Positions 32,104-42,724 of a stretch of 64,000 bases of DNA are shown piece after piece. A program made the position numbers and the translations under genes. A model generated the notes under the pieces. It was not told where the DNA came from. It saw only the letters and a program-made list of their open reading frames with translations, and searched no databases. This DNA is from an uncultured bacterium (GTDB lineage: Bacteria; DYJV01): contig CAZBLP010000001.1 of the NCBI GenBank assembly GCA_964492825.1, positions 11,054 to 75,053 of the forward strand, written 5' to 3'. Each line of letters opens with the position of its first letter. The stretch's first letter is position 1.

Positions 32104-34164
32104 TTAATTTATAATTTTTGTTAAATCTCCTATGGAATTAAAAGTATTAAATATATTTTTTAACATATTTAATCTGTTGATTTTTATATGCTCATTTTTA
32201 TCCATTACAAGGACATTGTCAAAAAAATCATTAATTGAATCTTTCATTTTAGTAAAAGATTTTAGGGCATCTGTAAATTTTTCCTCTTTTTTTAATTTTG
32301 AAAATTCATCTTTTACTAATAGAAAATTTTCATAAAGAGATTTTTCTTGAGGTTCTTTTATGAGATTCTCATCAATTATTGTCTCTGTCCAATCTTTAGT
32401 GATGTTTGCAACTCTTTTAAATGGCACAATAACATCCTGGAAATCTTTATCCTGCTTTATGTTTTGAACATCAACAATTCTCAGATATGTTTCATAAACA
32501 TCATCAAAATTAACTGCTAATACGCTGTTAATAACATCATAGTCAAAATTTTCAGATAAGAGGTTGTAATATCTCTGAGAAATAAAATCCTTAATATTGT
32601 CGAGAGTATTCTCATCTATTTTAAACTTGTTAGAATAAAGCTCTTTTGCTCTATTTAAAATCTCATTTAAAGAAATTCTGTATTTTTTACCTAAAATTAT
32701 TTTTATTATTGAAATTGCATGTCTACGTAATGCATACGGATCTGCAGTACCTGTAGGAATTTTGCCAATTGCAAAAAAACCTACAATAGTATCCAATCTG
32801 TCAGCAATACTAATAAAAGCTCCTGCATCAGAGGAAGGAATATCATCATCTGCAAATTTTGGCATGTAATGTTCATATATAGCATTGGCAACATCCTGAT
32901 TTTCACCTGAATGTATTGCATAATATTTACCCATAGTACCCTGCAATTCGGGGAATTCGTATACCATATTGGTTTCAAGATCACCTTTGCAGAGATAGGC
33001 GGCTCTTTCTGTAATATTTTTAACATCAGGATTAATTATAGTAGAAATAAAAACAGCCAAATCTTTGAATCTTTCCATTTTTTCATAAGATGTGCCTATA
33101 TCTTTTTGAAACACAACTTTTCTTAATCTTTCAACAAAATGTTCAAGTTTATATTTTCTGTCTTCATCATAGAAAAACTTTGCATCATTAAGTCTTGCTT
33201 TTAAAACCCTTTCATTGCCGTTTGCCACTACATCCATATTCTTGGCCCTGGTATTTGAGACAGTAATGAAATAAGGCAGTAACTTATTTTTTTCATCATA
33301 TACTGGAAAATATTTTTGATGCACTTTCATAGGTGTTATAATAACTTCTTCAGGTAATTTAAGGAATTCTTCTTCTATTTTTCCTGCAACAGGAAAAGGG
33401 TATTCCACAAGATTTGTAACAGTATTGATTAAGTCTTCATCATTTGATATTTTACCACCTAATTTTTCCGCAATTTTTTTTACTTCGCTTAGAAGCAGGT
33501 CTTTTCTTTTATTAAAGTCTATTATAACAAATTTTTGCTGAAGCTCTTTTTCGTATTTTTCAAAACTTTCAACCTGAAACACTTCAGGAGACATAAATCT
33601 ATGCCCCAGACTGGTATTGCCTGATTTCAAACTGCCATAATTAAAAGGGACTATTTTGCCTTTGTAAACAGCAACTATATAATGAATAGGTCTTGCAAAT
33701 GAAACTTTTTCTTCACCCCATTTCATATTTTTGGGAAAAATTAATTTTTTCATTATATTTTCAAGATTGTCCTTTAAAACATCAAATGTTGATTTGCCTT
33801 TGATTATTTTTTTTACTGCAACATATTCTCCTTTATCAGTAGTTACCAAAGATAAATCATTAACATTAACACCTTGTGATTTTGCAAAACCTATTGCAGC
33901 TTTTGTAGGATTACCTTTTTCATCAAAAGCTGCTTTTTTAGCAGGTCCTGTTTTCTCAACAATCATATCTTCCTGTTTGTCAGCTATGTTTTCCACTACT
34001 ATTCCAAGTCGTTTAGGAGTGCCGAAACTTTTAAGATTTTTAAAATTGATTTTATTGTCATTTAAAAAAAACGTAAATATCTCTTCCAATCTTTTCATTC
34101 CAAAAGTAAGAAATGAAGCGGGAATCTCTTCACATCCTATTTCAAAAATAAACTCGTTTTCCAT
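32104..34164 (-). CDS. glyS: Glycine--tRNA ligase beta subunit
   Basis: 686 aa, GlyS-like over its whole length. It is separated from glyQ by ppdK, purE and ndk on the same strand. Confidence 0.85.
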   Translation of the reverse strand: MENEFIFEIGCEEIPASFLTFGMKRLEEIFTFFLNDNKINFKNLKSFGTPKRLGIVVENIADKQEDMIVEKTGPAKKAAFDEKGNPTKAAIGFAKSQGVNVNDLSLVTTDKGEYVAVKKIIKGKSTFDVLKDNLENIMKKLIFPKNMKWGEEKVSFARPIHYIVAVYKGKIVPFNYGSLKSGNTSLGHRFMSPEVFQVESFEKYEKELQQKFVIIDFNKRKDLLLSEVKKIAEKLGGKISNDEDLINTVTNLVEYPFPVAGKIEEEFLKLPEEVIITPMKVHQKYFPVYDEKNKLLPYFITVSNTRAKNMDVVANGNERVLKARLNDAKFFYDEDRKYKLEHFVERLRKVVFQKDIGTSYEKMERFKDLAVFISTIINPDVKNITERAAYLCKGDLETNMVYEFPELQGTMGKYYAIHSGENQDVANAIYEHYMPKFADDDIPSSDAGAFISIADRLDTIVGFFAIGKIPTGTADPYALRRHAISIIKIILGKKYRISLNEILNRAKELYSNKFKIDENTLDNIKDFISQRYYNLLSENFDYDVINSVLAVNFDDVYETYLRIVDVQNIKQDKDFQDVIVPFKRVANITKDWTETIIDENLIKEPQEKSLYENFLLVKDEFSKLKKEEKFTDALKSFTKMKDSINDFFDNVLVMDKNEHIKINRLNMLKNIFNTFNSIGDLTKIIN

Positions 34165-34211
34165 TATTTGAATCCTCCTAATTTAGTCTATAGAGAAAAA
34201 ATTATCAATTT

Positions 34212-34649
34212 TCAATTATTTATTTTAAAATAATCTTCCAAAATTTTTCTATGATCAAAAGCCATATTTTCTGGTAAATTTTTCTTTGTAAAGATTTCCG
34301 CATTAACAGCATCATCTTTTGCTTTTAAAATTCCATTGCCTTTTGCTATAAACACAGTGGAAACAGTATGTTGTCTCGGATCTCTGTTTGGAGACGAGTA
34401 TGTATGAAGCTGTGATATTAAAATTACATCGAGATTTGTCTCCTCTTTGGCTTCCCTTATAGCTGCTGTTTCGAGACTTTCTCCATAGTCTACAAAACCA
34501 CCTGGAATAGCCCAGCCAAACGGGAAATTCTTCCTTTCTATGAGCACAATACCGTTTTTATATTCAATGATAATATCAACAGTAGGTATGGGATTCTTAT
34601 AAATTTTTATTTTATTGCCGCAATTTGGACAAATTATATCAGTTTTCAT
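34212..34649 (-). CDS. NUDIX hydrolase with N-terminal zinc ribbon
   Basis: Nudix box [24 protein letters not shown], with [11 protein letters not shown] at the N-terminus. Confidence 0.7.
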   Translation of the reverse strand: MKTDIICPNCGNKIKIYKNPIPTVDIIIEYKNGIVLIERKNFPFGWAIPGGFVDYGESLETAAIREAKEETNLDVILISQLHTYSSPNRDPRQHTVSTVFIAKGNGILKAKDDAVNAEIFTKKNLPENMAFDHRKILEDYFKINN

Positions 34650-35578
34650 TATTCAACTATTTTTTTAAAATATTCTATTGTTTTAATTAACCCCTCTTTT
34701 AACTTTACTTTAGGCTCCCATTGTAAATACTTTTTTGCAAGGGTAATATCAGGTTGCCTTCTTACTGGGTCATCAAGAGGTAAATCTTTATAAACTAATT
34801 TTGAATTACTATTTGTTAACTCCAATACTATTTCTGCAAGTTGCTTAATTGTAAATTCATTGGGATTGCCAATATTGATAGGCCCTATATGTTCTTCTTG
34901 CTCCATCATTTTAACAAGAGCTTCCACTAAATCATCAACATAGCAAAATGACCTTGTCTGGTGACCGTCACCGTAAATTGTAATAGGTTTTTCTTCCAGT
35001 GCCTGGACTATGAAATTACTTACAACTCTTCCGTCATTTTTAACCATATTTGGTCCGTATGTATTAAAAATCCTTACAATTCTAATATCCACGTTGTTTT
35101 GCCTGTAATAATCCATCATAAGCGTTTCTGCCACTCTTTTGCCTTCATCATAACAACTTCTTGGACCAAGAGTATTAACATTTCCCCAGTAAGATTCTTT
35201 TTGTGGATGCTCTGTGGGATCTCCGTAAACCTCAGATGTTGATGCAAGCAAAATTCTCGCTTTAACCCTTTTTGCTATACCAAGCATGTTAATTGTACCC
35301 ATAATACTTGTTTTTGTGGTTTTAACAGGATTAAACTGATAATGTACAGGAGATGCGGGACATGCAAGGTGATAAATTTGGTCAACTTCAAGTAATATTG
35401 GCTGAACAATATCATGCCTTACCAATTCAAACTTAAAGTTGTCCATTAAATCTTTAATGTTTTCTTTTGTGCCTGTATAAAAATTGTCAAGACACAAAAC
35501 ATCGTATCCTTTATTTAGTAAAAATTTGCACAAATGACTGCCTATAAATCCTGCTCCTCCTGTTACCAATACACGCAT
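34649..35578 (-). CDS. UDP-glucuronate decarboxylase / NAD-dependent epimerase-dehydratase family (UXS-like)
   Basis: Rossmann motif [12 protein letters not shown], catalytic YxxxK region and an overall SDR-extended pattern of 309 aa. Confidence 0.75.
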   Translation of the reverse strand: MRVLVTGGAGFIGSHLCKFLLNKGYDVLCLDNFYTGTKENIKDLMDNFKFELVRHDIVQPILLEVDQIYHLACPASPVHYQFNPVKTTKTSIMGTINMLGIAKRVKARILLASTSEVYGDPTEHPQKESYWGNVNTLGPRSCYDEGKRVAETLMMDYYRQNNVDIRIVRIFNTYGPNMVKNDGRVVSNFIVQALEEKPITIYGDGHQTRSFCYVDDLVEALVKMMEQEEHIGPINIGNPNEFTIKQLAEIVLELTNSNSKLVYKDLPLDDPVRRQPDITLAKKYLQWEPKVKLKEGLIKTIEYFKKIVE

Positions 35579-35589
35579 TTAATCCTCCG

Positions 35590-36573
35590 TTATATTTTAA
35601 ATACAGGCTTAAACCTGCCAACTATCTCTTTTCTGTGATTAAAAACAGGAATGTTATAAAAAATATCCAATTTTTCAACATCAGATTCTGATAATATCTC
35701 TAATTGTTTTAATAATTCTATTACAACCACATTTAAAGCTCTCATATTGCCGCTTTCTATTTTTATGGCTATGCCGAATTTTTCATGAAAAGCAGCTATG
35801 CCATAGCTTCCGTCGGCTCCTACTTTTGCAAAAATATTACTTTTAACTCTCATTAATTCTGTACAGATTCTTTCGTCACCTGCAATTAATTCAGGATATT
35901 TTATACTGTTTTTCATTAAAAGTTTAACAGCATATTTTCTTTTTTCATCTAAAATGTCTGCATTGGAGAGTTTATAGTAAGCAAGTGCGAAATTATACAT
36001 TGGTACTGCAAATACAGGTACTCCGCATCCATCAGTGCCTATTTTTATGTTATTAACAGGAATTTCTGTAAAATAAGATATTTCTTTTAAAATTAATTGC
36101 TGAACAGGGTGTTCAAGTTGGTCATAGTTTTCCAATGGAAAATCAAAAAATTTACACAAAGCTAACATTGCAAGATGTTTACCTGCACAATTATTGTGAA
36201 GAGGAGTATAGTTTTTAATCTTTTTACGGGTTTCTCTGTGTGAGGGTGGGTGTATGCCACATCTCAGGTAAGATTCATCTAATCCCAATTTATCAAGTAT
36301 TGATTTTAAAATATCTACCTGAAAATCCTGACCATTTAAAGAGCCGGAAAAAATGGTCAGCTCTTTATTGGAAAGTTTGAATTTTTCTGCTGCCCCTGTT
36401 GTAATTACAGGAATTGCCTGTATAGGTTTGGCACATGATCTTAAATATGTTAAAAAATCGGTGTTACCTATTGATTTTAAAACTTTTCCATTTTTCCCTA
36501 CAATGCAGATATGACCTCTGTGTAAATTTTCAGCCAAATTGCCCCGGTGTACTTCTACCAAAATATTATTCAT
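35590..36573 (-). CDS. Asparaginase II family (PF06089-like) protein
   Basis: Family-level resemblance to Rhizobium-type asparaginase II. Start set at internal MNNILVEV to avoid a 60-nt overlap with argB. Moderate confidence. Confidence 0.5.
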   Translation of the reverse strand: MNNILVEVHRGNLAENLHRGHICIVGKNGKVLKSIGNTDFLTYLRSCAKPIQAIPVITTGAAEKFKLSNKELTIFSGSLNGQDFQVDILKSILDKLGLDESYLRCGIHPPSHRETRKKIKNYTPLHNNCAGKHLAMLALCKFFDFPLENYDQLEHPVQQLILKEISYFTEIPVNNIKIGTDGCGVPVFAVPMYNFALAYYKLSNADILDEKRKYAVKLLMKNSIKYPELIAGDERICTELMRVKSNIFAKVGADGSYGIAAFHEKFGIAIKIESGNMRALNVVVIELLKQLEILSESDVEKLDIFYNIPVFNHRKEIVGRFKPVFKI

Positions 36574-37447
36574 TAATAATCTCCGTTCCCACTCCTTCTT
36601 TGGTGAAAATCTCAAGAAGCAACACATTTTCTATTCTACCATCTACAATATGAGCTTTTGTCACTCCTTTTTCAACAGCCTTTTTACAATATTCAACCTT
36701 TGGTATCATTCCGCCGGAGATAATTCCATTATCTATTAAATCATTGACTTTGCTTATTTTTATTGTGGATATTAATTTTTTCTCTTTATTAAGAACACCT
36801 TCAACATCAGTTAGCATAATTAATTTTTCAGCATTTAAGGAAATGGCAATTTCTCCTGCAACAAGATCCGCATTAATATTGTATGTGTGACCGTTTTTGT
36901 CAACTCCCACAGGTGCAATTACTGGGATAATAGATTTATCCATAATCATACTTAAAACTTCAGGGTTGATTTTTTTTACCACTCCTACTTTGCCTATATC
37001 AATTATTTCAGGAGGCCTGTTTTCATAATTTTTGTACATAATTAATTTTTCAGCAAGAATTAATTTAGCATCTTTACCGCTTAAACCAACTGCACTTCCA
37101 CCGTTAATGTTTATCATATTGACAATTTCTTTATTAACTTTGCCAACTAAAACCATTTCAACAATATCCATTGTCTCGTCATCAGTAACCCTCATTCCTT
37201 CCACAAATTCACTCTGCTTTCCAAGTTTATCAAGAAATGTACCTATTTGAGGCCCGCCTCCGTGTACAATAACAGGATTGATTCCAATGTACTTTAAAAG
37301 AATAACATTTAAAGCAAAAGCTTTTTTAAGAGCTTCGTCAACCATTGCATGACCACCATATTTTATTACGAAAATTTTCCCGAAAAAATTACTGATATAT
37401 GGCAATGATTCAAGTAATATTTTGGCTTTGTTTTTTAAATTTTCCAT
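36566..37447 (-). CDS. argB: Acetylglutamate kinase
   Basis: 293 aa with amino acid kinase family motifs ([23 protein letters not shown]). Confidence 0.85.
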   Translation of the reverse strand: MENLKNKAKILLESLPYISNFFGKIFVIKYGGHAMVDEALKKAFALNVILLKYIGINPVIVHGGGPQIGTFLDKLGKQSEFVEGMRVTDDETMDIVEMVLVGKVNKEIVNMININGGSAVGLSGKDAKLILAEKLIMYKNYENRPPEIIDIGKVGVVKKINPEVLSMIMDKSIIPVIAPVGVDKNGHTYNINADLVAGEIAISLNAEKLIMLTDVEGVLNKEKKLISTIKISKVNDLIDNGIISGGMIPKVEYCKKAVEKGVTKAHIVDGRIENVLLLEIFTKEGVGTEIINE

Positions 37448-37554
37448 TTTTTCTCCATTTTGGTAATAGTCTGTAAAATAACTAAATCCTAATCACTAAA
37501 TCTCAAAATTTTTAATTTTTCATTACTCGTTGACTATTGTCTGTTGACTAACAA

Positions 37555-38886
37555 CTAAAGTATATATCTGCTTAAATCTTCATCTTTTGAAACCTGCTCA
37601 AGTTTTTCATTAACATATTTTTCATCTAAAACAACTTCTTTTTCAGGTAAATCAGGTGCATTAAACGATATTTCTTCCAATAATTTTTCAAGAACAGTAT
37701 GAAGTCTTCTTGCGCCTATATTTTCAGTTGACTCATTAACCTTAAAAGCTATTTTGGCAATTGCCCTTAGAGCATTTTCCTTAAATTTTAAATTTATGCC
37801 TTCTGTTTTAAGAAGTTCCTGGTACTGTTTAATAAGTGCATTTTTAGGTTCAGTAATAATTCTGTAAAAATCATCTTCATTTAAAGAGCCAAGTTCAACT
37901 CTAATTGGAAATCTGCCTTGAAGTTCAGGTATCAGGTCAGAAGGTTTGGATATATGAAAAGCTCCTGCTGCTATAAAGAGAATATGGTCTGTTTTTATTA
38001 TTCCGTATCGTGTATTAACAGAGCTACCTTCAACAATTGGCAGAAGGTCTCTTTGTACACCTTCTCTTGATACATCAGGCCCTCTTCCTTCACCGCCTGA
38101 AACTACCTTGTCTATTTCATCTATAAATACTATACCGTTTTCTTCAACTCTATTTTTAGCTTCTTCTATAACCCTGTCCATATCTATTAATTTTTCAGTT
38201 TCTTCATTTAAAATAAGTTTATATGCGTCTTTAACTTTAACTCTCTTTTTTTTCCTTTTTTTAGGCATAATATTTTCAAACATATCCTTTAAGTTAAAAT
38301 CCATGTCTTCCAAACCAACAGCTGAAAAAACTTCAATAGTAGGGCCTTTATCCTTTATTTCAAGCTCTACAAATTTATCATCAAATTTGCCGTCCCTGTA
38401 TAATTTTTTGATTTTTTCTCTTGTGGCTTTTTTATGGTCGTCATGCTCAGGCTCTATATTTGAGTATTTAGGCACTGGCGGCAACAACAAATCTATAACT
38501 CTCTCTTCTGCTAATTCTGATGCTTTTAATTTGACATTTTTTGCAAATTCTTCCTTTACCATATTAATTGCAATTCTTATTAGATCCCTGATAATACTTT
38601 CAACATCTCTTCCAACATATCCCACTTCAGTGAATTTTGATGCCTCTACTTTTATAAAAGGTGATTTTGCAAGTTTTGCAAGCCTTCTTGCTATTTCGGT
38701 TTTACCAACACCAGTCGGGCCTATCATCATGATATTTTTTGGTGCGATTTCATCTCTTAAATCTTCAGGAACCTGTTTTCTTCTCCACCTGTTCCTGAGC
38801 GCAATTGCAACTGCTTTTTTTGCATCTTTTTGCCCAATAATATATTTATCAAGCTCAGAAACAATTTCTCTTGGCGTAAATTCCAT
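37555..38886 (-). CDS. hslU: ATP-dependent protease ATPase subunit HslU
   Basis: Walker [16 protein letters not shown], an I-domain insertion and C-terminal sensor regions. Adjacent to, and overlapping, hslV. Confidence 0.9.
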   Translation of the reverse strand: MEFTPREIVSELDKYIIGQKDAKKAVAIALRNRWRRKQVPEDLRDEIAPKNIMMIGPTGVGKTEIARRLAKLAKSPFIKVEASKFTEVGYVGRDVESIIRDLIRIAINMVKEEFAKNVKLKASELAEERVIDLLLPPVPKYSNIEPEHDDHKKATREKIKKLYRDGKFDDKFVELEIKDKGPTIEVFSAVGLEDMDFNLKDMFENIMPKKRKKKRVKVKDAYKLILNEETEKLIDMDRVIEEAKNRVEENGIVFIDEIDKVVSGGEGRGPDVSREGVQRDLLPIVEGSSVNTRYGIIKTDHILFIAAGAFHISKPSDLIPELQGRFPIRVELGSLNEDDFYRIITEPKNALIKQYQELLKTEGINLKFKENALRAIAKIAFKVNESTENIGARRLHTVLEKLLEEISFNAPDLPEKEVVLDEKYVNEKLEQVSKDEDLSRYIL

Positions 38887-39428
38887 TATATTTCCTCCCT
38901 AATTGTTTCAACCACAAAATTAGCATTAGTATATATACATATATCAGAAGCTATTTTTAAAGACTCCTCTACTATTTTTCTAACATCCAGATTAGAATTA
39001 TTTATTAAGGCTTTTGCAGCTGCCTGAGCAAAAGGGCCGCCTGAGCCTATTGCTGCTATTCCGTCGTCAGGTTCTATAACATCTCCGCTACCTGAGATTA
39101 TTAAAAGCAGGTCTTTGTCAGCAGCTATTAACATAGCTTCAAGTCTTCTTAAAATCTTATCTGTTCTCCAGTCTTTAGCTAATTCAACTGATGATTTTAA
39201 AAGATTGCCTGAATATTTTTCAAGTTTACCTTCAAGTCTGTCAACAAGGGTAAAAGCATCTGCTGTAGCTCCTGCAAAACCGACAATTACTTTATTCTTA
39301 TATACTTTTCTTATTTTTTTTGCATGTTTTTTAAAAACAGTATTGCCAAATGTAACCTGACCATCTCCGCCAATGGCAATGTTGTTTCCTTTTTTTACTG
39401 CAAGTATTGTAGTGCCGTAAAGCTGCAT
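38886..39428 (-). CDS. hslV: ATP-dependent protease subunit HslV
   Basis: N-terminal TTILAV region (Thr nucleophile) and 20S-like beta fold, 180 aa. Confidence 0.9.
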   Translation of the reverse strand: MQLYGTTILAVKKGNNIAIGGDGQVTFGNTVFKKHAKKIRKVYKNKVIVGFAGATADAFTLVDRLEGKLEKYSGNLLKSSVELAKDWRTDKILRRLEAMLIAADKDLLLIISGSGDVIEPDDGIAAIGSGGPFAQAAAKALINNSNLDVRKIVEESLKIASDICIYTNANFVVETIREEI

Positions 39429-39524
39429 ATTTTCCTCCTCTATTGGTTCAAGGTTGAACTAAAAATAACAATTAATAACAACAAATTACTATGAATTCCA
39501 ATTAAATTCCAAAATAATTTTTCA

Positions 39525-41342
39525 TTAAAAAAGCTGTTCTTTTGTTTTTTCCAGTTCATCATAGTATATTTTCAAATATTTATTGTGAGCTTTCATAACA
39601 TCTCTTCTTGTGATAATACCAATCATTTTTTTGCTATTATCACTTCCAACAACCGGTATCATTTCAACTTCAGACATACCAAAAGCTTCTGCTGCATCCA
39701 GAAGGGATTTTTCCGGAGTGAAAGTAATCAGCTTCTCATCAACTAATTCTTTTGCTACAACAATATTTTCAAGTCCTTCTTCAAAAACAATATCTCTAAT
39801 ATTATCAAAAGATATTATGCCAATTAAATTTTTATCAGCGTCCAAAACAGGAAAATTAGTATACTTGGAATTTTTAATAAAATTCAGTATGTTTTTAAAT
39901 GTCATATTTTCAGGAATAGTTTCAACATCTTTAATCATAATTTCCGATATTTTAATATCTTCCAAAATAGCAAGCTGAAATTCTTTTCTGTGAGCAGGAG
40001 AATCCAATCTTGAAAAAACTTGTTTTTCATAAATTGTAACATTTCTGTTTAAAATAAATGTAAGCGCACATACAAACATGGTGGGAACCAAAAGGTCGTA
40101 GTTACCTGTAAGTTCCGAAACCATAATTAAAGTAGAGATAGGTGTATGAGCTATACCTGCAAAAAAACCAGCCATACCTACTATAGTAAAATTCCCTGTT
40201 TGAGTAATATAATGAGGGAAAAGTGTTTGAAAAAGTTTTCCTGAAAATGTGCCAACAGCAGCTCCTGCAAAAATTGCAGGCCCGAAAACACCGCCACTTC
40301 CTCCGCTGCCAATACTAAATGAAGTTGCTAAAATTTTCAAAACAACAAAGAGAAAAAGTGTCAAAAGTGAAAATTTTTCAACTGAAGTAAACATTAACTG
40401 AACCTGGCCGTAATCTGTGGAAACCATTTGAGGCACAGCAAAACATATAACACCTGCAACAATACCTCCTATTGCAGGTTTTAAATAATTGGAAATTTTA
40501 AGATTTCTGAAAAAATCTCTTGTTGTATAAAAGGATTTAACGTAGAACCAACCAAATGCACTGCAGATTAAAGCTAAAACAGCATAAAAAATTAGATCAA
40601 GCGGATTGGTAAAAGTAAGTTTTGAAGTAAAAAAAAGCGGTTTAAACCCAAAAAATATTGAGAATATGGAGTATGAAACAATTGCACTGATAATTCCTGG
40701 GACAAGTGCTTCATACTCCATGTCAGAGGTTCTGTATAATACTTCTATTCCGAAAATAGCTCCTGCCAAAGGTGATTTGAATATGGCTCCTATTCCGGCT
40801 CCCATTCCGCAGCAAGCTGCGATTCTTATTTCTCTGTCTGATAATTTTAAAAATTTTGCCAAAATAGCGCTCATTGCAGCACCGATTTGTGCAATAGGTC
40901 CTTCTCTACCACCTGAACCACCTGTACCAATAGTAATACCGCTTGCAATTGATTTGATAATAGGAACCTGCCATTTGAATCTTCCGTTTTTTCTGTGAAT
41001 AGTATCAATAACTGAATCAGTTCCGTGTCCTTCAGCCTCAGGGGCAAATTTGAAAACAAGAAAACCACTAACTAATCCGCCAATTGCAGGAACAATTAAT
41101 AACCGCCACCTGATAAGATGTGTAGAAGTGCTCTCCTTAAATATGCTGGCTTCACCAAAGACTCCGGGAAAATGATAACCGCAGAATTTCACCAGTACAT
41201 AGTGAGAAAAAAATTGTATAAGCAGATAAAGGGATATAGCGCCTAATCCCGATATAATTCCAATTAACAGAGAAAAAATTATAATTCTTCCAACCTGAGT
41301 AAGTTTAAGGCCTTTTAAGAAGTTTTTCAATATTATTTTCAT
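39525..41342 (-). CDS. ClC-family chloride channel/antiporter with C-terminal CBS-domain pair
   Basis: GSGIP-like (GREGP) and GxFxP selectivity motifs within multiple TM helices, followed by two CBS domains (about 605 aa). Confidence 0.8.
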   Translation of the reverse strand: MKIILKNFLKGLKLTQVGRIIIFSLLIGIISGLGAISLYLLIQFFSHYVLVKFCGYHFPGVFGEASIFKESTSTHLIRWRLLIVPAIGGLVSGFLVFKFAPEAEGHGTDSVIDTIHRKNGRFKWQVPIIKSIASGITIGTGGSGGREGPIAQIGAAMSAILAKFLKLSDREIRIAACCGMGAGIGAIFKSPLAGAIFGIEVLYRTSDMEYEALVPGIISAIVSYSIFSIFFGFKPLFFTSKLTFTNPLDLIFYAVLALICSAFGWFYVKSFYTTRDFFRNLKISNYLKPAIGGIVAGVICFAVPQMVSTDYGQVQLMFTSVEKFSLLTLFLFVVLKILATSFSIGSGGSGGVFGPAIFAGAAVGTFSGKLFQTLFPHYITQTGNFTIVGMAGFFAGIAHTPISTLIMVSELTGNYDLLVPTMFVCALTFILNRNVTIYEKQVFSRLDSPAHRKEFQLAILEDIKISEIMIKDVETIPENMTFKNILNFIKNSKYTNFPVLDADKNLIGIISFDNIRDIVFEEGLENIVVAKELVDEKLITFTPEKSLLDAAEAFGMSEVEMIPVVGSDNSKKMIGIITRRDVMKAHNKYLKIYYDELEKTKEQLF

Positions 41343-41441
41343 AGCTTGAGTTAATAGAAAAAATAATGAAAAATGTCAAATACATTTAATAAAATTTTCA
41401 ATTAATTTTTATTGATTTGCTCTTTTTTTTATAGTAAAAAT

Positions 41442-41472
41442 TTGAACTGTTGAATAAAGGTTGCTGTATAAT
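41442..41472 (+). promoter_or_regulatory. Sigma-70 promoter with extended -10: TTGAAC-17 bp-TGTATAAT, upstream of tatD
   Basis: Read directly from sequence; it sits about 100 nt upstream of the TatD GTG start. Confidence 0.45.
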
Positions 41473-41579
41473 GCATAATATAGTGCGAAATAAGAAATTA
41501 TTTGAAATTTAATTGGAATTCATATTGATTTGTGGTTATTTTTAGTTCACTTTGAACTTTAAACTAAAAGGGGGATGTT

Positions 41580-42374
41580 GTGTATTTAATAGATTCGCAT
41601 TGTCATTTAAATATGGATTTTTACAAAAATAATTACCTGGAAGTTGCTAAAAGAGCTTTTGAAAGCAATGTGAAAAAAATGGTTGCAATTGGCACCAATT
41701 ATTCTGACAGTAAAAGAGGCGTTGAGATTGCCAATGAAATTTCGTATGTTTATACATCAATTGGGTGGCACCCTCATGACACAAAAGATATAGGAGATTT
41801 AAGCAATCTTATGAAAATTATGCAGTTGTCTGAAAGTGAAAAAGTAGTTGCTTATGGAGAAATCGGTCTTGATTATTTTAAAAAATATTCTCCTGTTGAT
41901 ATTCAAAAAAAATTTTTCAGATACCAGATAAATATTGCCAAAGAATTGAATTTGCCTATTATTGTTCATGACAGAGATGCAAATGACGATGTTGTGAAAA
42001 TTCTAAAAGAAGAAAAAGCGGAAAAAGTAGGGGGAGTTATTCATTGTTTCTCAGGTGACATCAATTATGCGAAGAAAGTTTTAGACATGAACTTTTACAT
42101 ATCTTTTCCAGGCACAATAACTTTTAAAAAAAATATTGAAAATGCAAAAAAGATAATTAACACTATTCCGTTTAACAAAATTTTAATAGAAACTGATTCT
42201 CCTTTTCTGACACCAGAGCCTTTTAGAGGTAAAAGAAACGAGCCTGCTTTTGTAAAGTACGTTGCTGAAAAAGTGGCTGAATTTAAAAATATTTCATTTG
42301 AAAAGGTTGCAAAAATTACAACAGAAAATTGTCTGAGGTTATTTAAAAAAATGAATCAAGCCAATGAGAAATAA
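41580..42374 (+). CDS. tatD: TatD-family metal-dependent DNase/hydrolase
   Basis: Motifs IDSHCHL, GEIGLDY and IVHDRDA are typical of TatD/YcfH. Confidence 0.8.
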   Translation: MYLIDSHCHLNMDFYKNNYLEVAKRAFESNVKKMVAIGTNYSDSKRGVEIANEISYVYTSIGWHPHDTKDIGDLSNLMKIMQLSESEKVVAYGEIGLDYFKKYSPVDIQKKFFRYQINIAKELNLPIIVHDRDANDDVVKILKEEKAEKVGGVIHCFSGDINYAKKVLDMNFYISFPGTITFKKNIENAKKIINTIPFNKILIETDSPFLTPEPFRGKRNEPAFVKYVAEKVAEFKNISFEKVAKITTENCLRLFKKMNQANEK

Positions 42375-42440
42375 TATTTTTATAGTTTTTAAGTAGTCTG
42401 ATTTCCCGTTGAAACTTCACTGATTAAAATCACAAAATTC

Positions 42441-42569
42441 TTGTATACTGTATACATACTGTTGAGTACAATTCTGATTGTATACAAATTTTTTTCTTTT
42501 TTTAAAAATTTTTCTTGATAAAACACTTAATAAATGGTATGCTGTTTTATTAATGCATTTTGTATACAA
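42441..42569. promoter_or_regulatory. Array of palindromic TTGTATACAA-type operator sites bracketing the putative promoter of the PFOR-like gene
   Basis: Sites: TTGTATACTGTATACA (42441-42456), TTGAGTACAA (42462-42471), perfect TTGTATACAA (42478-42487) and perfect TTGTATACAA (42560-42569). The last is just downstream of the -10 TATGCT of a TTGATA-17 bp-TATGCT promoter (42515-42543). Confidence 0.5.
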
Positions 42570-42724
42570 TAAACAAGATGAATAATTCAAGGTTTGAAAT
42601 CTAAATCATTTCCTATTTTATCTTGTTTTGGCAGGTTATTAAATGTGGTTAATTAAAAAACATTATAAATGCAACGTTGAATAAAATATTTTAACGTTGG
42701 ACTCATATTAGCAAGGAGATTGGC

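Noticed and set aside
33731-34171. 146-aa + strand ORF
   Set aside because: Lies entirely inside glyS on the opposite strand, with no RBS and low-complexity composition.
38108-38902. 264-aa + strand ORF
   Set aside because: Antisense to the well-supported hslU gene. Ser/Leu/Ile-rich low-complexity translation typical of a spurious antisense frame in an AT-rich, Lys/Glu-rich gene.
41343-41579. Fluoride riboswitch upstream of the ClC-type gene
   Set aside because: The upstream region is AT-rich with only a sigma-70-like promoter (TTGACA-17-TATTAA). No GGCGATGG / crcB-motif elements.
42621-42640. TGGCAG at 42621 as a sigma-54 -24 element for the PFOR gene
   Set aside because: No TTGC -12 element at the required spacing.
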